A DNA stretch of 62,747 nt, the filler included, from Aduncisulcus paluster (lineage: Eukaryota), in NCBI GenBank assembly GCA_024181965.1. It is 5 parts of 5 records of this genome, joined end to end, with 100 filler letters (N's around TTAATTAATTAA, not from the genome) between each part and the next. Parts side by side here need not be neighbours in the genome. Positions count along the whole stretch, not along the records: positions 56,547 to 62,747 come from BQXS01012532.1; 4 more parts are not named here. One strand, given 5' to 3'. Under the pieces are notes generated by a model, which did not search any database, was not told where the DNA came from, and saw only the letters and a program-made list of their open reading frames with translations. Positions within the stretch are counted from its first letter, which is position 1; every line of letters starts with the position of its first letter. Positions 56,547 through 62,747 of the stretch are shown here, in pieces. A program made the position numbers and the translations under genes.

Positions 56547-57736
56547 CTTCCATCGATCCATCCCAAAATAGATACATTGAGAAACAGCCACCAACAACAA
56601 CATCCTCATATTCATATGACAGGTCCCATCTGTCCCCTCCACATTCCACAAGGAACAGTGCACGTGATATCACTCATAGATCACCTCCCTCCTCTTCTAC
56701 TTGCCCCACATCCCACTCAGCTCCTATCTCTTCCTCAAAAGATTCCATTGGACATTCCAAGTCAGCCCCAGCGTTGACAGTGTCTGATTCACCTCGATCT
56801 CGATCTCGATCTAGGTCAAGGTCAAGGTCCAGGTCGAGATCAAGGTCTCGTTCCAGACCTCGTATTGCTCCAGCTGTCCTTCCTTCATACACGGCTGATC
56901 TAGACCACATAGAACAGGTTCAATCCCCGCCGAGCGCAATTACATCTCGTTCCTCCAGTGCTCGATCTCTCAAGGAACATCCGTCTCAGTCTGTTATCCC
57001 TTCCAACAATGAAGACTCTACAATCCTTCAACAATCATGCACTGTCTATGATGAGACCTCTTACCTTTCACACGTTCCAACAATTCACATCTCCTCTCCT
57101 CATCTTCACACGGAGCAATCAACATCAAATCACCAAGTATTCTCGACATTTATTCCCTCCTCACGTCTCTTCATGCCTCTTCACTCTACAATCTCGAGAA
57201 ACATGTCCAAACAATCATCGAATGCTGGCTTGTCGGATGATCATCAGGCATCCACACCTTCATTGCTCTCCTCCCAACTCTCAAGTCCTTCTATCCCTGT
57301 CGTGGATGAAGTCTCCACGTATGCAGGTATTGAGAAACAGAAGCGTCGTAGAAGGGAACAGCGCTATGCCGAGGATAAGAGGAAAAGATTATGCACAATG
57401 CATGGGAAAGTATACAGATCTCCCAATACACGTCGAGTAATGCACACTCAGACCAGTGAACGTGAACTTCGAGCCATTGCCATCGCAGAGGCCGAGGCTA
57501 AACGTCAGAGGGAATTGTTAGAAGAACGGAAGAGGCAACTTAGACAGGAAGAGCACCAGGATATGCCTGAAGAAGAGACCACGCAGGGATACGAAAGAAA
57601 AGATGAGTGTGATGGCGATCATTTATCAGCTTGGAGAGATCTATCTGTCCTTTCCCCACATCTTGAGTCAGAACCTGTGAATATCCCCGAAGAAATGGAA
57701 GAGAAATCATTAGACGATACGTATAGTATAGTATAG
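56547..57736 (+). CDS. Low-complexity RS-repeat protein, C-terminal part (5' end cut)
   Basis: Frame is open from the linker to TAG 57736; (RS)n tract near 56792-56860; charged helix near the C-terminus. Confidence 0.65.
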
Positions 57737-58367
57737 TTCAATATCTACTATTAGTATTGTCCAGGACTGTACACTGTAATATTATTATAATATTATTTAT
57801 TGGAGTTTCTGATCCAGAACTTCTGGTAGAAGTTGATTGTACTTTTGAACTTTTCTCCATTAGGTTGACAATATTATACTTGGGTCATGTCATAAGAACT
57901 TCTTAAAGAAGTGATTCAAATACGAGTTCAAGTCCATAATTGGGATCGAACATAATGATTTGAGAGATAGATGCTGATATTTTGACAGATATCTCGTTCT
58001 CCTTCCTTTCTCATTTGAAATAAAGCCAAAGAATTATTTCAGAAGCCTTTTCTCTTGACATTCTGTCATAAGTTCGATCTTCTCAAGAAATAATGATTTA
58101 AACAATGTAGAGCTGACAATACACATTCTAAAACTTCACACATATCTTTTAAACTTTTAAAAGCAGTCACAAAGTATATCAGAAGCAACTCTGGAAACGG
58201 ACAGCGTGGAACAGAAAAGTATATATTATAGAAATGAAAAAGATTGTAGGATCGTCGATCGAAATAAATATTATTTTTGCCCAATTGCTCCAGTGATAAT
58301 GACCAATTCTCCCTTGTCCAATTGACTCAACAGATACATAGAGAGAATATGGAGACATAGGTCGTTT

Positions 58368-59876
58368 CTAAATGCATAGTAACTCAAGATAATCATCCAC
58401 AACAACTCCGAGCCAATTGACCTCATTATGAGCCCATTTCAGTGAAGTTATGGGTCCCCTAGAATGATAAGAGAGCAAAGGTTCACCATAGCCATCGACA
58501 GCATCCACAGTCCTATCCTTACCAGTCTTCTCTTCTTTCTTCTCCTCCTCGAGTTCTTCCTCTCCTTTCTCTCCACCCTTCTTCTTCTTTCTCATCTTTC
58601 TCGTCAGCAGCACCACTAGCAGAATCTCCATACCTAAGCGTAAGGAATGTATCCGAATGAGTCGGTAGGGGAAGAGCTTTTTCAAAAGCACCCTCGAGTT
58701 TAGCATCCTCTTCTTCATCTTTCTCATCGGCATCTTCTTCATCATCATCTCCAAACAAACTCACAGAAATCTTAGTTTTTGACAGACGCGACGATTTTTC
58801 TTCTCCAACTTTCCATAACATAACAGATTTATCCTCACCACCGGTAGCAATATGTCCTAAGAAAAAGTTTGACCAAGATATTGAATTAATTGGACCAGAA
58901 TGGCCAATAAGTTCAATGACGGGATTGTCGGTGACACGAAGGTCAAGAATACTCACTTTAGGACTGCGAAGATGTGTTACAGCAACATAATGAGACCGCG
59001 TAGGGCACCATTCACAACGTAAAAGTGGTTCTTTTGAAGGTTCTGGTTGTTCATATATAATAGTTGAATTTNNNNNNNNNNNNNNNNNNNNGATATTGAA
59101 TTAATTGGACCAGAATGGCCAATAAGTTCAATGACGGGATTGTCGGTGACACGAAGGTCAAGAATACTCACTTTAGGACTGCGAAGATGTGTTACAGCAA
59201 CATAATGAGACCGCGTAGGGCACCATTCACAACGTAAAAGTGGTTCTTTTGAAGGTTCTGGTTGTTCATATATAATAGTTGAATTTTTGAGACGACGAAG
59301 ATCAAAAAGTCTAGCGGTTCCGTCATATGAGGCTGTAACGAAAAGATTTTGATGTGATGAGGAAAAAGAAAGATCAAATACCTCATGATCGTGAGCAATA
59401 AGTTGGTAAAGCAACTCAGATCGTTGGATATCCCAAATGCATACAGTAGTATCAATTGAACCACAACCAATAATCTGCTTGGCAACAGGGTTCCAATCTA
59501 ATGATGTGAGTGGGGCAGCGTAATCACAATGTTGTTCAGAATCGAGTTTACAGATTGTGGCAACAGCCTCATCTTCAAAGATTTCGTGGAGTCGGAGATA
59601 GTCACCAGCAGTAGCAATAAGGTCTCTTTGCCTATTAGAACGATCAGGAAGGAATTGCATTGCTGTACATGGATAATTATGTCTGAATTCTAAAACTGGA
59701 TTAATTTTCTTCTTTTCCTCATCAAATTTAACAATTCGAATAACATTACGGTATTGATCGATTAATGAACCGATAGCAAGCCTATATTTTTGATCAGCTC
59801 GTCTTGACCAAGCGAAGGAATATATTTGCCAAGGGGCACAGTATCTATATACGCTGTTTGAGGTTGAAACGGACAT
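58368..59876 (-). CDS. DCAF7: DCAF7/WDR68 (AN11/TTG1-type) WD40 protein
   Basis: APWQIYSFAWS, RLAIGS, HNYPCT, DLIATAGDYLRL, APLTSLDWN, SIDTTVCIWDI, QLIAHDHEVFD, RLFDLR..STIIYE, ELIGH, ATGGEDK, EPLLSY..LKW. Split by the gap duplication at 59072-59091 and a frame change near 58513-58633. Confidence 0.9.
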
Positions 59877-60602
59877 ATTATAAATTGTATATTTTAATAT
59901 GTTCTATTATTCTTTAATTAATAAGCTAAATTAGTCCTTGGCCAATTTCTGGAGCTATGTAAAGTGACAAAAACAAACGAAGAAAAATATTCATGAAAAA
60001 ATAATCTTAAAAACAACTTAATACTGGTTAATCATTGAAATACAACAATTTTCTCATCAATAATATTTTATATCCTCCCTGAAAAGGACGTTGACGTTTG
60101 CGCAAACAATCCGAAGTGTAAATCACGGTTCTCAATGATTTTCGCCAATAATTTTGCTTAAATCAATGTTTAAAATGTTTGAAATCATTTTTCATATCAC
60201 ATAGACCTGTGTATCGAGCTAGAAATTTGAATTGCTTATTTCTCATTAATTGATACATATTTGAAAAATAACAGGAAATAAAAATTCTTATTTGNNNNNN
60301 NNNNNNNNNNNNNNTTGCGCAAACAATCCGAAGTGTAAATCACGGTTCTCAATGATTTTCGCCAATAATTTTGCTTAAATCAATGTTTAAAATGTTTGAA
60401 ATCATTTTTCATATCACATAGACCTGTGTATCGAGCTAGAAATTTGAATTGCTTATTTCTCATTAATTGATACATATTTGAAAAATAACAGGAAATAAAA
60501 ATTCTTATTTGTTGCTTATACTATTTGAGTACCGTTGATATTCCCTGTTCAAATGCGACTATCAGTAAGGCTTGATTTTGTTGCAGATACAGAATAACCT
60601 CA

Positions 60603-61724
60603 ATGGAAGAATCAAGGGCCATTGTAATAGATACAGGTTCTGGGGCAATTAAGGCCGGATTCGGGGGTGATGATGCACCTACATCCGTTTTCCCAGCTAT
60701 TGTTGGGAGACCAAAGCATTCAGGGGTATTACCAAGTATTATGGGTAAAAAAGATATATATATTGGCGAAGAAGCACAAAAAAATCGTGGTGTTCTTTCT
60801 CTGTCGTATCCTATCGAACATGGAACGGTTATAGATTGGGAAGGTTTTGAATTGTTGCTAAATCATACATTTTATAATGAATTACTTGTTGATCCTAAAG
60901 ACCATCCAGTTATGTTGACAGAAGCTCCCCTAAATGCCAACGAAAACCGTGAAAAAATGGCTGAGATTCTTTTTGAGACTTTCGAAACTCCCTCATTAAT
61001 ATTTCAAATTCAGGCCATTCTCTCTTTGTTTGGATCAGGTTGTACAACTGGTGTTGTCCTTGATTCCGGAGATGGAGTGACTCATATTGTTCCCGTTTAT
61101 CAAGGATATGAATTGGAACATGTGATCAAAAGATTAGATTTCGCTGGCCGAGACTTGACATTTTATTTACAACAGCTCTTGCTTGAACGAGGCATCAAGT
61201 TCCATACTTCTGCTGAAGTTGAGATTGTCAGAGATATGAAAGAGAAATTATGCTATTGTTCCCTCGACTATGAGAGGGAAATAACTGAAACCGGTAGCAA
61301 AGATATGAGTTATGAGCTTCCAGATGGACAGAGGATTACAATTGGTCGTGAAAGATTCAAATGTCCTGAAGCTCTCTTCAATCCCCAAAAACTCATGCAT
61401 AGGGAACATGGAGGCCTCCAAGATATCCTCCATGAAACAATTCAACAATGTGGAATCGATATTAAAAAAGAATTATACAATTCAATTATTGTTTCAGGTG
61501 GTACCACATTATTGAGGAATTTTGAAGTTAGATTATATAAAGAAATGAAAACCTTGGCTCCTGCATCCATTAAAATTAAAATTAATGCATCCTCCGATCG
61601 TAGATGGGCTGTTTGGAAAGGTGGGAGTACTCTGACTCAATTGTCGACTTTTGGAAGTATGTGGATATCCAGAAGAGAATATGAGGAAGAAGGAGTATCT
61701 ATTGTTCATAGAAGAAAGTTTTAA
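60603..61724 (+). CDS. Actin-family protein (divergent actin or Arp1/centractin-like)
   Basis: IDTGSG..KAGF, IVGRPKH, YPIEHG, LTEAPLN, DSGDGVTH, YELPDG, SGGTT, SIVHRRKF. Confidence 0.92.
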   Translation: MEESRAIVIDTGSGAIKAGFGGDDAPTSVFPAIVGRPKHSGVLPSIMGKKDIYIGEEAQKNRGVLSLSYPIEHGTVIDWEGFELLLNHTFYNELLVDPKDHPVMLTEAPLNANENREKMAEILFETFETPSLIFQIQAILSLFGSGCTTGVVLDSGDGVTHIVPVYQGYELEHVIKRLDFAGRDLTFYLQQLLLERGIKFHTSAEVEIVRDMKEKLCYCSLDYEREITETGSKDMSYELPDGQRITIGRERFKCPEALFNPQKLMHREHGGLQDILHETIQQCGIDIKKELYNSIIVSGGTTLLRNFEVRLYKEMKTLAPASIKIKINASSDRRWAVWKGGSTLTQLSTFGSMWISRREYEEEGVSIVHRRKF

Positions 61725-61917
61725 GATTTTATAACTCAGATTCCACTCATTTGAGAGACATTTTTTATTTTCCAATAAATCCCTTATTTTTTCTTGTTTA
61801 TAGATTTATCATGGTTATATGTAATCTCTTATAAACAAATTTTGACCATTCAAAACATAAATAATAACCTTTTTAAGGAGATAGGTTTTGCGCCCAGTTT
61901 TTGCATCATTATAAAGC

Positions 61918-62747
61918 ATGTTTACAAAAGAAAGTGATGTTATTGATGAAGATGACGTATTTTTATTTGAAAAAGAATATAGTCTTCCTCCACTTCCCAC
62001 AAAGAACTCCGTTCAATTAATAATTTCAATTAGCGATACAAGTGGATTGATGTATCCAAGTACTGCCTCAGATATATATTTTTCATTTGCCTTTGAAAAT
62101 CAAAGGCAAGTTATTGGGCCTGTTAGAGCTAAAGAAACCCTTTTATTTTCTCCAAACGATAATGCAATTTTTTCAATGACCCCTGAACTTGAAATACCCT
62201 TAGCCCCCTTCTTTTCATACCATAAAAGCTCACTATACCCTCCATCCTCTCCTATATCGCTATTATCCAGACCTTATACCTCCCACATTGAGTTTGTTAT
62301 TATGTCAACTTCTCTTCTTGCCCCTCCCCATGTAATTGGAACCTGTATTCTTGATTTCCGTGATTGTCTATTATTTGGACAATGCCGGAAAGAGACCATT
62401 GTGGTCCCCGTTGGAGCTGGAGTTTCCCCCGATGGTAGCGGAGGAGTGTATGGTTGTGGCACTGTGAGTGTAAATATGAGTCTACGGGACTCTGGAGGTA
62501 TTGGGAGAGAGATGATGCTGAGGTGGAGACACAAGGCTGTTCATATCGATCGAGGTCTGGCATCATCTTCGTCCCCTCCAAAGCATATTAGTCCAAGACC
62601 CTCCAAGATCCCAAGTTCCATTTCATCTGAACAATCTCATCAAACATCATCACAAAATATACCTCAAACACAAGTTCATCCCGAGCATGCAACACTTCCA
62701 GCAACTCCATTCGGCCAGACCCATCCGGGATTTACAAGGGAAGATGA
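61918..62747 (+). CDS. C2-domain protein, CEP76-like (runs off the window)
   Basis: My translation, open to the window end: FSFAFENQRQVIGPVRA, HIEFVIM, VIGTCILDFRDCL, GCGTVSVNMSL follow the order of CEP76 C2-domain strands. Confidence 0.5.
   Translation, partial: MFTKESDVIDEDDVFLFEKEYSLPPLPTKNSVQLIISISDTSGLMYPSTASDIYFSFAFENQRQVIGPVRAKETLLFSPNDNAIFSMTPELEIPLAPFFSYHKSSLYPPSSPISLLSRPYTSHIEFVIMSTSLLAPPHVIGTCILDFRDCLLFGQCRKETIVVPVGAGVSPDGSGGVYGCGTVSVNMSLRDSGGIGREMMLRWRHKAVHIDRGLASSSSPPKHISPRPSKIPSSISSEQSHQTSSQNIPQTQVHPEHATLPATPFGQTHPGFTRED

Noticed and set aside
57790..58300. Coding-like minus-strand stretch between the RS protein and DCAF7
   Set aside because: Interrupted by several stops and no family recognised; at most a decayed fragment.
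60553..60602. Possible upstream mini-exon and GTAAG..CAG intron before the actin-like gene
   Set aside because: Neither nearby AG puts the upstream ATG in frame, and the intron would be only 22-28 nt.
1..62747. Alternative genetic code (TAA/TAG as Gln, as in hexamitid diplomonads)
   Set aside because: Conserved genes end at TAA (RPS16, hydrogenase), TAG (eIF2B-alpha, DCAF7) and TGA (UPF1) at expected positions, with no in-frame stops.

Overview
Gene-dense, AT-rich nuclear DNA of an anaerobic flagellated protist. It uses the standard genetic code and has short GTATG..AG spliceosomal introns. Gene content and one lineage-typical orphan family suggest a free-living fornicate/metamonad such as Aduncisulcus; this is my recognition, not verified. 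The window is not one locus: five contigs are joined by 100-nt N linkers carrying TTAATTAATTAA, and ten 20-N gaps are flanked by duplicated sequence that falsely duplicates or splits several genes. Recognisable genes: histidine ammonia-lyase, Dbf4-like, RPS16 (3 introns), eIF2B-alpha, Vps52, IFT144/WDR19, AAMP/Sqt1-like WD40, a variant eIF4E, an NPSN-like Qb-SNARE, Vps16, a SCY1-like pseudokinase, an [FeFe]-hydrogenase fused to a complete diflavin (CysJ/CPR-like) reductase, a MEF2-type MADS factor, cathepsin B, UPF1, DCAF7, an actin/Arp1-like protein and a CEP76-like C2 protein, plus a decayed CRE-like non-LTR retrotransposon. The best leads are: two paralogous DOC(APC10)-BTB-SH3(HERC2/KEG-type) proteins, an orphan-family ORF that aligns ungapped to their DOC domain, two secreted BPI/LBP-like paralogs, a spliced 60-aa APC13-like microprotein missed by the ORF track, the probably NADPH-coupled hydrogenase fusion, and a frame-restoring purine-rich intron candidate in DCAF7.
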